Assembly: GCF_006345805.1 (NCBI RefSeq)
Contig: NC_043002.1
Span: 10,788,001-10,852,000, forward strand
Direction of reading: 5' to 3'
Length of the DNA: 64,000 nt
DNA from: Octopus sinensis
Taxonomy: Eukaryota
The notes under the pieces are model-generated. The model was not told the DNA's origin and did no database searches. It worked only from the letters and a program-made list of their open reading frames with translations. Positions 39,340-52,829 of the stretch are shown piece after piece; position 1 is the first letter of the stretch, and each line of letters starts with the position of its first letter. Made by a program: the position numbers and the translations under genes.

Positions 39340-39957
39340 GATATATATATAATATTATATATGTATATATATATATATATATGTATATATATCAGGCGCA
39401 GGAGTGGTAGTGTAGTAAGAAGCTTGCTTCCCAACCACATGCTTCCGGTTTCAGTCCCAATGCGTCGCACCTTGGGTAAGTGTCTTTTATTTTAGCCTCG
39501 GTCCAACCAAAGCATTTTGAGTGGATTTTGGTAGACAGAAACTGCTGATAAAGGCTGTGAATCTAATAGTGCATACGACCCTTTCAGGCGGTTCCATTTA
39601 ATCGAACAATGCAAGCATTACATCAATTTGAAATACATTGCATATTTTTATCTCTCTTAGCCTTCAGTATTTCTTTAATTTCCTTTTTTAATGAATTTAT
39701 CGTTTTCCGATTTTAATTTTGAATTTCATTTTCGCAACGTAGCAATCACGGTATCATGAAATGGTTCAGAAATTTTTAAATCAGTCTTCATAAAAAATCA
39801 GCGTGACCTAATTTCTTGAATGATATATAGTTTTTTTTAATTACGTCAATCGCCTTTTGCCAATTTTCCAACAAATTCCACTTCATATCTTTTTTTTTTT
39901 AGATTAGTCACCTTATGGATATTTGGAATATAATTTTGGTAATAAAATGCCAGTAAT

Positions 39958-40350
39958 AGGCACAGGAGTGGCTGTGTGGTAAGTAGCTTGCTAACCAACC
40001 ACATGGTTCCAGGTTCAGTCCCACTGCGTGGCATCTTGGGCAGGTGTCTTCTGCTGTAGCCCCGGGCCGACCAATGCCTTGTGAGTGGATTTGGTAGATG
40101 GAAACTGAAAGAAGCCTGTCGTATATATGTATGTGGTGTTGTGTGTCTGTGTTTGTCCCCCTAGCATCGCTTGACAACCGATGCTGGTGTGTTTACGTCC
40201 CAGTCACTTAGCGGTTCGGCAAAAGAGACCGATAGAATAAGTACTGGGCTTACAAAGAATAAGTCCTGGGGTCGATTTGCTCGACTAAAGGCGGTGCTCC
40301 AGCATGGCCGCAGTCAAATGACTGAAACAAGTAAAAGAGTAAAAGAGAGA
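39958..40350 (+). mobile_element. SINE family A, full length
   Basis: Head and tail as at 13005; abuts the truncated end of the Gypsy RT. Confidence 0.9.
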
Positions 40351-40380
40351 GTAACAAAAAGGCTTAAGTCGGGGTTGAGG

Positions 40381-42121
40381 TTACATATTTTTAATTACGT
40401 CTGCGCTCGACGGATCTAGTCGACGTCCATTTCTGTCAAAGATTTGTCGTAAATATCTTATTTTTGGTATGGAAATTTCACACTTTTTTACATTTAAAGT
40501 AAAGCCGTACTTCGTAATTTTTTCGAAGACATATTCTATGTGCTCTACATGTTGATCCCTGGATTCGCTTTCAATGTGTATATCATCCAGATACGGAATT
40601 ACGAATTCACAGTCCACTAACACTGCATCCATAATCTGTTGAAAAATCGCTGTTGCAACTTTTAAGCCCGATGGTAACCTGTTGTATTTATACAGTCATT
40701 TATGTGTGTTATTAGGTATTTAGAGCATCCATCGTCTACGTGAATTTGTAGGTACGCGTCAGAGAAATCCAATTTAGAAAATATCTTGCCACCGTTTAAT
40801 TTCGCAAAAATATCTTCCGAAGTAGGTAGCGGGTAGTGGTAAGTTTTGAGGCATTCGTTTAAATCAGCGGAAAAATCAGTGCACACTCTGATTTTATTAT
40901 TCTTTTTCTTAACGTATATAGTTTTTTTTGCGAAATGTAATGTTACTTATCAAATCACCCTTGAATTTTTTTTTTCCTTAAACACCATGGGCAATTTTCG
41001 AAGTTTCTTTTAATCTAGGTCTCCGATTTTTTCCCCATGTATTTGTGTTAATTATCGAGACATCGCTGCCCGTATCCAATTATAACTTTACGTTTGTGTT
41101 ATTAATTTTTACATACACCAGTTTCCCTTGAGGTTTGTTCGTATTTCTTGTCACCGATAATCTGTTAGCGTGATTTTTTTTCTGTTGAATCGTTTTTTAG
41201 GTTTCAATTTAAAATATGATTTTTTATGACCTATCTTAACACTCTTGAAGCATTTTATATTTTTAAACGGACAGTTACTTTTAAAATGTAGACCACCGCA
41301 TCCATAACATGGATTCGATCCTGACATTTTTTTCTTATCCTATACCTGTTGACATGCATGAATGTGAGAGCAATCTTTCTCTTCAATTTTATCTGCGTCA
41401 TGTCGTATATTTTAATTCTCTGCCATTCTTCAGCTACTGGCTATAGAGTTAAATTTTGGTCCCGTTCTACTTTTGTTAATATCCGGGAACATATATCTGT
41501 ATCTTTGCTTGCAAGAAACTCTTGAACAAAACATTACACACTTGAACATGCCCGGGGTCAACTCATTCAATTTGAATTTCTCACAATCTCTGTTAACCAC
41601 TCCGACATAGGTGACGAAATCTTCATCTTTTTTGACCAAATTTAAACATTCCCAGCCAGTATTGAACAGGGAACTTCTTTCACTAAAACTTTTCGATAAA
41701 AAATTGTTTCATCGAAACAAATCTCACCTTGTTTCTTCGGCAGAATATAGTTACTATATTTTTCGTGTTCGGCAGGGGATACATTTCTTAAAGTAGCCGC
41801 ACTTACTTCTCGTCAGACTAACTTTTACATTCTTCTCTGGAGATTTCTTCGTATCTTCGAAAATATACAGGGAAGGTAATCCCTTCTTCTGGATTAGAGC
41901 TGAATTCTTCAATAGAGTTTGCTACGCTGTCTGGCGAGTACGAACCTGAAGTATTTTTAGATTTCTTCAACATTAAGTCCAGCCACTGTTGGTTTTGTTA
42001 TTCTTGCTGTTGTAGTCGCTGCTGCTGTTGTAGTTGTTCCTGCAGTTGCTGCTGTAGTTGGTACTGTTACTACGGCTGTTGCTGATGTAACTGCACAACG
42101 GAGGCCAATAAATCTTCCATG
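40381..42121 (-). mobile_element. Decayed Ty3/Gypsy LTR retrotransposon (K02A2.6-like): gag, protease remnant and RT
   Basis: Gag: Q-rich start, DSVANSIEEF...F..YFRRYE, DEDFVTYVGVVNRDCEKFKL. RT: YPLPTSEDIFAKLNGGKIFSKLDFSDAYLQI and YLDD. Many stops and frameshifts. Confidence 0.9.
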
Positions 42122-42675
42122 TTAAAACAATTTTTTTCTTTGATTTCGTATCAAAAACAAAAAGTATTAGACCTCCAACGCAAGCTTAGAAAAACTCTTC
42201 GCCTCTTTTATATCCTGGTGTTTGATAAATATTTTAACGAAGCAGGGGAAGCATTTAAACGACGCAATATGATTAGAATTACACGAGACTCAACACTTTT
42301 AATCAAAGACTTATAGCGAACTGCCTACCAACGTAAACTGCCAATCGGTCGCAGTTCTTTATTTTATAACAATGATTCAGTCAACTTTTAGTTACTTGGA
42401 GTTGGGGTGATCGGAATCCTTCCACAACAATAATACCAATAATAATAAATAGTATGGAGACTTGTACATCCACAAATTTTATTTTGTTGTTATATATGAT
42501 GTCACAGACAGCATATATAACCATATATGATGGATACTGATCGTTGTGGTTAGACCTTAACTGGAACTTAGTTGAGAGCTAATACGATATCCACCGTGAT
42601 ATATATCCCACCAAACTCACCTCCCTCTATATATATATGTGTGTGTGTGTATGTGTGTGTGTGTGTGTGTGCGTG

Positions 42676-42922
42676 TGGAGGCGCGTGGTTTAGTAGTTAG
42701 GGTGATGGCCTCATGAGCGTAAGATAGTCGTTTCGATTCCTAGACAGGGCGACGCGTTGTGTTCTTGGGCAAAGCACTTCATTTCACGTTGCTCCAGTCC
42801 ACTCAGGTGGCAAAAGTGAGTAATGCTGTGATGGACTGGCGTCCCATCCAGCTTGGGAACATATACGCCATGGAAACCGGGAAACCGAGCCCATGAGTCT
42901 GGCTAGGCTTTAAAAGGGCACA
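42676..42922 (+). mobile_element. SINE family E
   Basis: tRNA-like head, CORE-like gttgtgttcttgggcaaagcacttcatttcacgttgctcc, then gatggactggcgtcccatccag. Confidence 0.85.
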
Positions 42923-42930
42923 TTCTTTTT

Positions 42931-43008
<78 letters not shown>

Positions 43009-44182
43009 GGGGGGGATATGAAAAATCAACGAAAATGCATATTATAAATTAAAAAAAGGCTTTTTATGAAAGGTAACGACAAATATATACATTTAGATGG
43101 ACTGAGGTAGGAATAAATTCATAAAAGTCATTATTTTGAGATGATTATAAAAATCAGAAAGAAAAATCATACCATGGTTTCCGCAAAGCTATTCATTGCT
43201 TTGTATACACCGGCTAATACCTATATATATATATATATATATATATAGGTTTGTGTGTTTATCACTATCACTGCTCCACAACCAGTGTTAGTTTGTTTAT
43301 GTCCTCTTAGTCTGTCACTTCGGTAAAAGGGAACGATAGAATATATACCTGGTCACGTAAATGCTCTCATCCTGCACCTCTCATAGTAGCTCTCTCCATG
43401 TTGCACTTTCATTGTCTTTCTCTCCACGTCTTTTACTTTACGATGTAAAACGTGGAGAAATTAAATCAACTATCCAGTAATATTTATATCGATCGGTGTC
43501 ATGGAGAGATTAAATCTCGTTCCGTCCATTTATCTTTTTTGCAAATCATTTAGAGTTAACGATGTGCAAATGATTTTTGCTGAGCATGAAATCAAATCTT
43601 TATCACTAGAAGAGAAATTAATCGCATACATTTTTAAGGATTCGTGCTTCTACATCACCTTAGGTGAAATATTTTTAATTGAAATTCTGTCATTTTCTCT
43701 TTTATTTTATTTTCAAACATAAGAAAATTGAATAAAAAAAAGTAATTTAGATTTTTCGTTTGTAAATAAAAACTATAAAAGGGTTATAAAATATGAAATA
43801 ATAATTCATCAAATATAAAGACTTGATATAATCGTCAACAATGTAAAGCTCTCACATTAGTCTTCTACCAAATTAAAATGAATATGATTTTGAGTGTGTT
43901 ATGAGAATTCTTAATAACCGAGATGGACTAGAAATTCATATAAAAGGAATACATAAAAAGATAGCGACACTTTTCATCGTCATAAACAGGAAATTAGTAC
44001 AACTAATTGTTCTGTAAAATAATAAATTTAAGTCTCTTCATAATATCATAATATCAAGATGGGCTGAAAAGTTCGTAGACTGACTATGATAAATTAACAC
44101 TAGAGCTGTGAAATCTTGCATGCATTAATTTCAAGCCTTCTTTTTAATAACTGCATTATTTCTTTCCAGTTAAACGGATATT

Positions 44183-44635
44183 TTACTTTTACTTGTTTCA
44201 GTCATTTGACTGTGGCCATGCTGGAGCACCGCTTTTAGTCGGGCAAATCGACCCTAGGACTTATTCTTTGTAAGCCTAGTACTTATTCTATCGGTCTCTT
44301 TTTGCTGAACCGCTAAGTTACGGGGACGTAAATACGCCACTATCGGTTGTCAAACAATGTTGGTGGGGGGGGGGACAAACACAGACACACAAACATATAC
44401 ACACACAAACATATACACACACATACATACATATATATACACATATATACGACGGACTTCTTTCAGTTTCCGTCCACTAAATCCACTCACAATGCTTTGG
44501 TCGGCCCGAGGCTATAGTAGAAGACACTTGCCCAAGGGGCCACGCAGTGGGACTGAACCCCGAACCAGGTGGCTGGTAAGCAAGCTACGTACCACACAGC
44601 CACTCCTACGCCTGCACACAGCCACTCCTACGCCT
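44183..44635 (-). mobile_element. SINE family A inserted in the mariner
   Basis: Complete tail-to-head match; a 22-bp head segment is tandemly duplicated at 44593-44650. Confidence 0.9.
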
Positions 44636-45151
44636 GCACACAGCCACTCCCTAGCTCTTCAGAGAAAACTAGTAGCGACTTCTCTTGAAAATGGCCAAAA
44701 TTTGGCATCAAGGTGTTGGCTTTACCATATTGAGCCAGAGACAAAGAGACTATCCTCATAGTGGAAACACCGCCTCCTCACCTGCTCCAAAGATTGCCAA
44801 AGTCGTTCCGCTGTAGGGAAGGTGATGGCCTCAGTTTGGTGGGATGTTAAATGCAGTGTGTCAATCTCCAAAACAGCCACGCCATAAATGGAGAGAACTA
44901 TGTCAGCTTACTGGGGCAGCTACGAAAGTCTGTGAAGACTAAACATCCAGGAAGACTGACAAAGAAGGCCTTGTTTCGTTAAAGCAATGCTCCAGCACAC
45001 CAGTCCTTGTTTTTAATAACTGCTGTGGGTGACTGTGGTTGATCAGCGTCCCCATTCTCCTGGTTTGATCCCCTCCTCTGATTGTCATCTGTTCCCTAAC
45101 ATGAAGAAACACTTGGCTGGGAACAGTATCGCAATGATGATGACATCATAT

Positions 45152-45385
45152 TAAGGCGTCGAGCTGGCAGAAACGTTAGCACGCCGAGTGAAATGCTTAG
45201 CAGTATTTCGTCTGCCGTTACGTTCTAAGTTCAAATTCCGCCGAGGTCGACTTTGCCTTTCATCCTTTCGGGGTCGATAAATTAAGTACCAGTTACGCAC
45301 TGGGGTCGATATAATCGGCTTAATCCGTTTGTCTGTCCTTGTTTGTCCTCTCTGTGTTTAGCCCCTTGTGGGTAGTAAAGAAATA
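45152..45385 (+). mobile_element. SINE family B monomer inserted in the mariner ORF
   Basis: 16-bp TSD gatgatgacatcatat at 45136-45151 and 45386-45401. Confidence 0.95.
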
Positions 45386-45629
45386 GATGATGACATCATA
45401 TCTGCTGTTGATGACTGTTATGACCAACAGAATGAAAGCTTCTTACACCAGGGCGATCCAAGCACTGCAACACCAATGAAGTAAGCGTGAGGGTTACGTT
45501 GGAAAATAAACATCATTTGGTCGGATTCCATGAAAGTATTTTCGTCAGCCTATGAACTTCTCAGCCGACCCTCGTATTATGTGTATAGATATATATGTGT
45601 GTACGTGAGCGTATGAGTGTTCGAGTGTA

Positions 45630-45667
<38 letters not shown>

Positions 45668-47431
45668 TGTGTGGTTGCGTGTGTGTATGTGTGCGTGCGT
45701 GTGTGTGTGTGTGCGTGCGTATGTCTGTGTATGCGTGCTTATGTGTGTGTGTGTGTGTGTTGTGTGTGTGTGTGTGTGTGTTATATTGAAATAAGTAATT
45801 CTTTATTGATGTCTATATATTTTGATCTGTGCAACCTTTCCAAACGAATGAAGATATTGGCGCGGTTGAAAGAATTTATAGTCAAAAATGCTATGAATTA
45901 ATGGAAGGCATATGGTATTTTAAATATAGATCAAGAAATTTTATATTGAACGCGTAGGGCTACGAACGATATCCACTTTGGGAATTGTTTTTCGTAAACA
46001 TGTAGTTATTGGATGAAAGAAATTTCTACAGAAATAATCGTTAACCGACTTCCTTACATTATCCACCTAAAAAAAATATTATACAACCATCTCGCTCTTT
46101 CATGCACACACAAACACACACACATACGCATTCTTGTATGCGAGTATGTATGTTTGTATATGTGCAAAATATATGTATATGTGCATGCGTGCGTGTGTAG
46201 AGTGAAAGAGAAAGAAGAATAGAGCGTTTACAGAAGTGTACAGAAAAATATATTGCTAACGATAAGAATAAGGTTAACCTGAAGAAATGAAAGAAACGTT
46301 CCTTAGTTTATTTATATGCAGGTAGAGAAAGTCTTCGAATTTTTCAATGAAATGGAACGATATAAAAGATTTAAAAAATAAAGAAATAAAATAAAATAGA
46401 ATATTTACATTATTACATTTAAGAATCTGAGTCTACATTTTTGTGCATAAACGAAATTGAACTTCTTCCCTCCAGTAGAAGCATAAGTATTCTCGAACGC
46501 TTGACGAAAAATTCTTAACTGCAATCGCCTAAATATTCCACTTTATATCATTGAATTTTATTCCATTCCGTTTCATTTCATTTCCTAGGAAAATCTGAAG
46601 TCTTTTTGCAAAGATATTCAAATAATCTGAGGAACAATTTGTTCATTTATTTCAAAATTACATTATTTTTATCATAACCAATAAAAGGCATACGTATGTA
46701 TACATATACATACATACACATATGTGTGTGTGTATGTGTGTGTGTACAGATATATATGTATATGTTAAGATATATAGATAGACACACACACATTTATGTA
46801 TATATGTCTATGTATGTATAGATATATGTGTGTGCACATATATATACACATACACATATAGTTATATCGATTTCTAGTTTTATCCATCAATGTATGTCAA
46901 TGTACATATATATCTATGTATGTACGAATCCATATATGCATGTATGCGCATTTATGCATGTATGTGTATGTATATCTGTATGCGTATATAGCATATATCA
47001 TCAAACAGGGGCAAAAACACTGGAAAGACTGTGTATTAAGATTTGGGTTTCTATAAAACAATAACTGTGGGTATTTTTTATATATTCGCCCGCATACATA
47101 TAAACTATATAGACAATACAACAATATTGTTTATGCGTGTGTGTGTGTGTGTGCGTGTATGTGTGTGTGTGTGTGTGCCTAAGTGTGTGGGTGTATGTGT
47201 GTGTCTGAGTACATATTTAACAATAGGAATAAGTAGCATGAAGCTTTGCCCATTTTTCTTCTATTATTATTTTTGTGCACTTTTTATTACGTCATAACCC
47301 TCCATAGGAATCGAACAACTTGCTTGTACAATAGACTGTGAGAGTTTGACGCAATCAACATTAGAGTCGACACATATGTCGACTCTAATGTTTATATATA
47401 TATATATATATAATATACATATATATATGTA

Positions 47432-47505
<74 letters not shown>

Positions 47506-47510
47506 ATATA

Positions 47511-47820
47511 TCACGTGATCACGTGACCTACCAGGCTATCAAATGTTGCTACACATCGCTGGTCACAATGCGCTTCGCATTCTTTTAGCCATTAAACGAC
47601 CCTCACCCCGCTGGATAAGCGAGCAGGCCAACAGAAGAAAGAGTGAGAGAAAGTTGTGGCGAAAGAGTACAGCAGGGATCGCCACCATCCCCTGCCGGAT
47701 TCTCATGGGGCTTTAGGTGTTTTTACTCAATAAACACTTACAATGCCCGGTTTAGGAATCGAATCAGCGATCCTACGACCGCGAGACCGTTGCCTTTACC
47801 ACTGGGCCATTGCGCCTCCA
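47511..47820 (-). mobile_element. SINE family D with a different 3' tail (tail type 2)
   Basis: Head and core as at 38216; unrelated tail ending ...gtcacgtgatcacgtga. Confidence 0.85.
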
Positions 47821-47830
47821 CACACACACA

Positions 47831-47874
<44 letters not shown>

Positions 47875-47890
47875 GTATGTATATATATAT

Positions 47891-47936
<46 letters not shown>

Positions 47937-47959
47937 TGTATGTGTGTGTACATATGCAT

Positions 47960-48180
47960 GTATCTATGTATTTGTGTGTCTGTGTGTGTACCCCCACCAT
48001 CGCTTGACAACCGATGCTGATTTGTTCACATCCCCGTAACTTAGCTATTGGGCAAAAGAGTCCGATAGAATAAGTACTAGGCTTACAAAGAATACGCCCT
48101 ACGGTCGATTTTTTCGACAAGAGGCAGTGCTCCAGTATGGCTGCAGTCAGATGACTGAAACAAGTAAAAGAATAAAAGAG
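47960..48180 (+). mobile_element. SINE family A, 3' half
   Basis: cttgacaaccgatgctg...gactgaaacaagtaaaagaataaaagag. Confidence 0.85.
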
Positions 48181-48193
48181 CACACACACACAC

Positions 48194-48245
<52 letters not shown>

Positions 48246-48309
48246 TCTGTAATTCTTTCATTCTGTTATGTGTTTCAGAGCTACGGCTATGCTGTGGCAC
48301 CGCCAGCAT

Positions 48310-49420
48310 AATCACTGCTGCCCTCTTTTGAGTTTCCTGCTTTGATAATGCTTCATCTGGGACCTGGGATAACAAGAGGTCAAGTTGCTCTTTGAAAACA
48401 TCTATCGCTACTCCATGGACATCCCTCAGATGTTTTGGCAAGGCGTTAAATAGCTGTGGGCCCTTGAATCCCAAGATATTGCAGTACATTGTCCTCGCCT
48501 TAGATAGGACAGCTGGGACTTTTGGAACAGTACAGTGAAGTCCAATTCGAGGTTTGGTATCACTCTCAATTCCAAAGTTTGTGCTAGCCCCTCCAATATC
48601 TTCCACACATATATCACTGCATAGTTCTCCTATTTCCGCTCCAGGGAGTATAGTCGTTACTCTTTCAGTCTCTCCATTGATGAAATCTTCCTCATATAGC
48701 ATCGCTGAACAGCCTCAAGTTTTGCTATTAATCTGACACTGTAAAGTGACCACAGATGAGAGCAGTAGTCCTGACGGTTGAAAACAAAATATTCTCCATA
48801 GGAACAACATAGTTTCCTGTTTCCTTGTTTTGAAGGTTTTCAGTATACACCCAGCCATTCGCTTGTACACTGCCACCATCTTGGTGATATGCATGTGAAA
48901 CGAGGTATCGTTACTCATATCAATCCCATGATCACGCACCGTATGTGATTCTGGTGTTGCCGTTCCTTTGGCACCATTTAGCTGGTAGCAGAAGGCTTGG
49001 AATTTGCCTACATTAAATTGCATGTTGTTGTCCTCAGCCCATTTATAAATGGTATCTAAGTATTTCTGCAAAGGATTAGCATCAGAAGGTTCCTTGACTG
49101 CTTGTATTATTTTTGTGTCATTGTCATAGCTAGTAAGTGTGCCAGTCTGTGTAACTGATGGTATGTCTGGAAGAACCACCACGAACAGCAGCGGCCCCAT
49201 TACAGTTCTCTGAGGCATTCCACTTTCTATTACTGTCTCCTTGGAAAGAACATCGCTGGTTGCTTCAGTTTGCCTTCTGTCTTTTAAGAAGTCATGCAAT
49301 CACTCTCCTATCTTCCCAGTTATGCCGAGTCTCCGTAGTTTGTGATATATCATCCCATGATCAAACTCATCAGAAGTCTTTGCAAAGTCGATATATAACA
49401 CATCCACGCTAAGTGATTCA
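48310..49420 (-). mobile_element. CR1/L2-type LINE RT and C-terminal region, decayed
   Basis: VDVIYIDFAK..D..DHG, SGMPQRTVMGPLLF, YDNDTK (degenerate YADD), MQFNVGKFQ, LFNALPKHLR. Confidence 0.9.
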
Positions 49421-49694
49421 TTAACTGTTTCCCCCTTTACACTTTACATCATGACATTTCTGTAATACACGATCCCTATTGATCGTCCTTTTTTTTTTAC
49501 GATCCCTCTTGATCGAAAACCTACCCCCACCCATTTTCTCCCCAAAACGAAAAGCTTTACGTTTTAATTTGTACCCTCTGTGTTCAGCACTGCGTGGCTA
49601 ATAAAGAAAGATATCTGTCTATCTGCTTTCGTACCAGCCGCGTATTTCTTAGGTTAGTCGCTATGTTTTTGTTTTGTTTTGTTTTTGTTTTTCC

Positions 49695-49900
49695 AGTTTC
49701 AGCTCTTGAGCTGTGGCCATGCTGGGGCACCGCCATTGTGGTGAAAGAGTACAGCAGGGATCACCACCCCCTGCCGGAGCCTCGTAGAGCTTTTAGGTGT
49801 TTTCGCTCAATAAACACACACAACGCCCAGTCTGAGAATCGAAACCGCGATCCTGCGACCGCGAGTCCGCTGCCCTAACCACTAGGCCATTGCGCCTCTC
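49695..49900 (-). mobile_element. Chimeric SINE: family D head joined to an A-type tail
   Basis: On the minus strand: ...ctctttcaccacaat-ggcggtgccccagcatggccacagctcaagagctgaaac. Confidence 0.8.
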
Positions 49901-50244
49901 TCATAACATACTCAAATATAACTAATTATTTTTGTAAGTCAGGTGAATAATGGAAATACGAAAGCTAAAGGAAGTGTAGTATGATACAAGCGCATAGAAA
50001 GCAACACATCATAACGGAAAGATGTTTCATTTTGAACAAAGATAAAGGATTCAGTAAAAAGACAACTACAGATAAAACTATGAGAATGAAATGTAAAATA
50101 ATAGATAAATAATATTAAGTAGTGCGCGGGGAATTTTAGCTTATTTCCTTCTAAATATAGTGAAAGGTGATAATGTAATGCTATATATTGATATTACTTA
50201 AAAGGAAAGTAATAAGAAATAAATGAATTTAATAACGTTGGATA

Positions 50245-50814
50245 GACGGCGAGCTGGCAGAAACGTTAGCATGCCGGTCGAAATGGTTATCGGTATTTCG
50301 TCTGCCGCTACGTTCTGAGTTCAAATTCCGCCGAGGTCGACTTTGCCTTTCATCCTTTCGGGCTTGATAAATTAAGTACCAGTTACGCACTGGGGGCGAT
50401 GTAATCGACTTAATCCGTTTGTCTGTCCTTGTTTCTCCCCTCTGTGTGTAGCCCCTTGTGGGTAGTAAAGAAATAGGGATTTCGTCTGCCGCTACGTTCT
50501 GAGTTCAAATTCCGCCGAGGTCGACTTTGCCTTTCATCCTTTCGGGGTCGATAAATAAAGTACCAGTTACGCATTGGGATCTATGTAATCGACTTAATCC
50601 CTTTGTCTGTTCTTGTTTGTTCCCTCTATGTTTAGCCCCTTGTGGGTAGTAAAGAAATAGGTATTTCGTCTGACGTTACGTTCTGAGTTCAAATTCCGCC
50701 GAGGTCGACTTTACCTTTCATCCTTTCGGTGTCACTTATTTAAGTACCAGTCGATAGAATCGACTAGCCCCTCGCCCAGAATTTCAAGCCTTGTGCCTAG
50801 AGTAGAAAAGATTA
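50245..50814 (+). mobile_element. SINE family B: head, about three units and terminal tail
   Basis: Units repeat at about 183 bp; tail gccttgtgcctagagtagaaaag. Confidence 0.9.
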
Positions 50815-51072
50815 TTTGTTAGAGGCACATGTACGGCTTAGTTGAGCAGTATATGCATGTGTGAATAGTTAACAAGATTGCTTTACTACCATGTTCCCTC
50901 AGGTTCAATCCCACTTCGAGGTATTTGGGATGTCTTCTACTAGTCTTTGGCCGACGAATGCATTGTGAGTGAATTTAGTAGATGAAAATTGCCTGGAAGA
51001 CCGTTGTGCACACAAATATATGTATAAAAATATATGTGGGGGAGGGTGTATACATACATACACACAGACACA

Positions 51073-51142
<70 letters not shown>

Positions 51143-51419
51143 TAGTTGAATGAATTATCCTAGTATAGATAATTCGGTTAACCGATACCTGGGTAGCAAA
51201 TTCACGTCAGAAAAACACGGTTGAAGCTACATGCCAAGGGCAGAGATCACGTGCTTTCATGTGGAAATTTGTGTGATTTTAATACAAATAAATGAAAGAA
51301 TGGAGTTGAAAGACGATTTAACAAAATTCCTTTATTCTCGACATATGTTTCGAAGGCTGCATATTCCTAATTTCGAAGGAATAATGGGCCAAAGCCTTCT
51401 GCTTTTGGCCCATTAGCTT

Positions 51420-51905
51420 TTACGGTGTATGATGGAACCAAGAACCCGTTACTTCGTATCCATACTTCCGGCATAGTAGCCAGTGAATATTTGGGGTTAC
51501 CTTGTTGTTTCTGCCCTTGTACTCTTTCTGTGCAAGACATTCACAAGCAATAACAATATGAGTGACGCTTTCGATTCTCTTCCAGCACATTCGCAAAGAT
51601 TCGTTGCACTTGTGCGGTATATATCTTTTTTTCACTGAGTTGGTGTTCAATGCCTGACCCTGAGCAGCTATGATTAGGCTTTCAGTATTCTATTTTAGGT
51701 TACCCTTGTTGAGCTACCTCTATGATGCTTCCTGATCTTTTAAGTTGTCAGTTCCACGTTGGAACTTACCATGTAATTCCACGCGGAGTAGGGTTTCTTC
51801 TCTCATTGATTGTTCATGATCAGAATTCATGAGCACTCTCAAGTCTATTTTCGGTAAACCCTTCTGAATTAGCAGCACACTTTAATAGGTTTTCTTTGCT
51901 CTTTA
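51420..51905 (-). mobile_element. R4/Dong-type non-LTR retrotransposon fragment
   Basis: CRMC...ESVTHIVIACECLAQKEYK.R.NKV...IHWLLCRKYG zinc-knuckle region. Confidence 0.8.
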
Positions 51906-51996
51906 CCAAATATTCTATGTTATTTTCCTTTCACTGTTGATGCACTACCTTACGCTAATCATCCCACGTCCACCTTTACCCCTTTCATGTAGAACC

Positions 51997-52041
<45 letters not shown>

Positions 52042-52254
52042 TTTTTTTTCTTCTTCTTTCAAATTTGCTTCCATTTCTTGCCGAGTGTCTTCCCGACTCC
52101 TAGGGCAAAGAAACTCATAGTATACATTGGTAGGCCATTAAACCAAACTCAGTAGTTCGTTCATTTTTTTTTTTTTTTTAAGTTAAATTAAAATACATGA
52201 GCAGCAACAGTTCTCACATCGACAATGCTCTTCTCAATACGTGTGATGTACCAG

Positions 52255-52311
<57 letters not shown>

Positions 52312-52735
52312 GAGTGAGAGAGCAGTTCATGCCATCAAAGTGACACTGGGGTAAAATATACGAAGCCCAATATACCCATCATGACTACCCGTCTGATAAG
52401 GGTACACCAGGCACATGCATCACAACCATATGTGCGCGACATGGTGATCTCATATCAAGATAAACAGCACATGACCTTGCAGGTGGGGCCCAGTTAGAAT
52501 TTTCTTCAGGTTGAGTAGCCCAACCCGCTCAAAAGGTCCCTGAATAAGGGTTGTTTAAGGATGCTGAAAGAACCACTCATATTTCCAGAGGTGAATTATT
52601 CAAACCCCAAAGAATCCTTCTCAACACATGACTATGATGCTCCCCCACTACTTCTGCTCGTGATCAGAGATGCACATATCGTCAGCCACTAAGGGACATG
52701 CGCAACTGGTTATGGTCAAACAACTGACAAGCAAC

Positions 52736-52737
<2 letters not shown>
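52312..52737. repeat. Non-coding ~425-bp element embedded between (ATT)n arrays
   Basis: Complex sequence with sharp (ATT)n borders on both sides and no ORF. Confidence 0.55.
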
Positions 52738-52811
<74 letters not shown>

Positions 52812-52829
52812 CGTCATCATCATCATCAT

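Larger units (their letters stand above)
44052..45576 (+). mobile_element. Decayed mariner element with two nested SINEs
   Basis: TIRs caagatgggctgaaaagttcgtagactga and tcagcctatgaacttctcagccgaccctcgta; transposase remnants HIEPETKR, GKVMASVWWD and SDCHLFPNMKKHL. Confidence 0.8.

Noticed and set aside
47773-48702. Longest ORF in the track (309 aa, minus strand)
   Set aside because: A composite of an out-of-frame CR1 remnant, microsatellites and SINE sequence; not a gene.
49910-50240. Purine-rich stretch with a ~70-codon TGA-free frame
   Set aside because: Length is within chance expectation and there is no other support.
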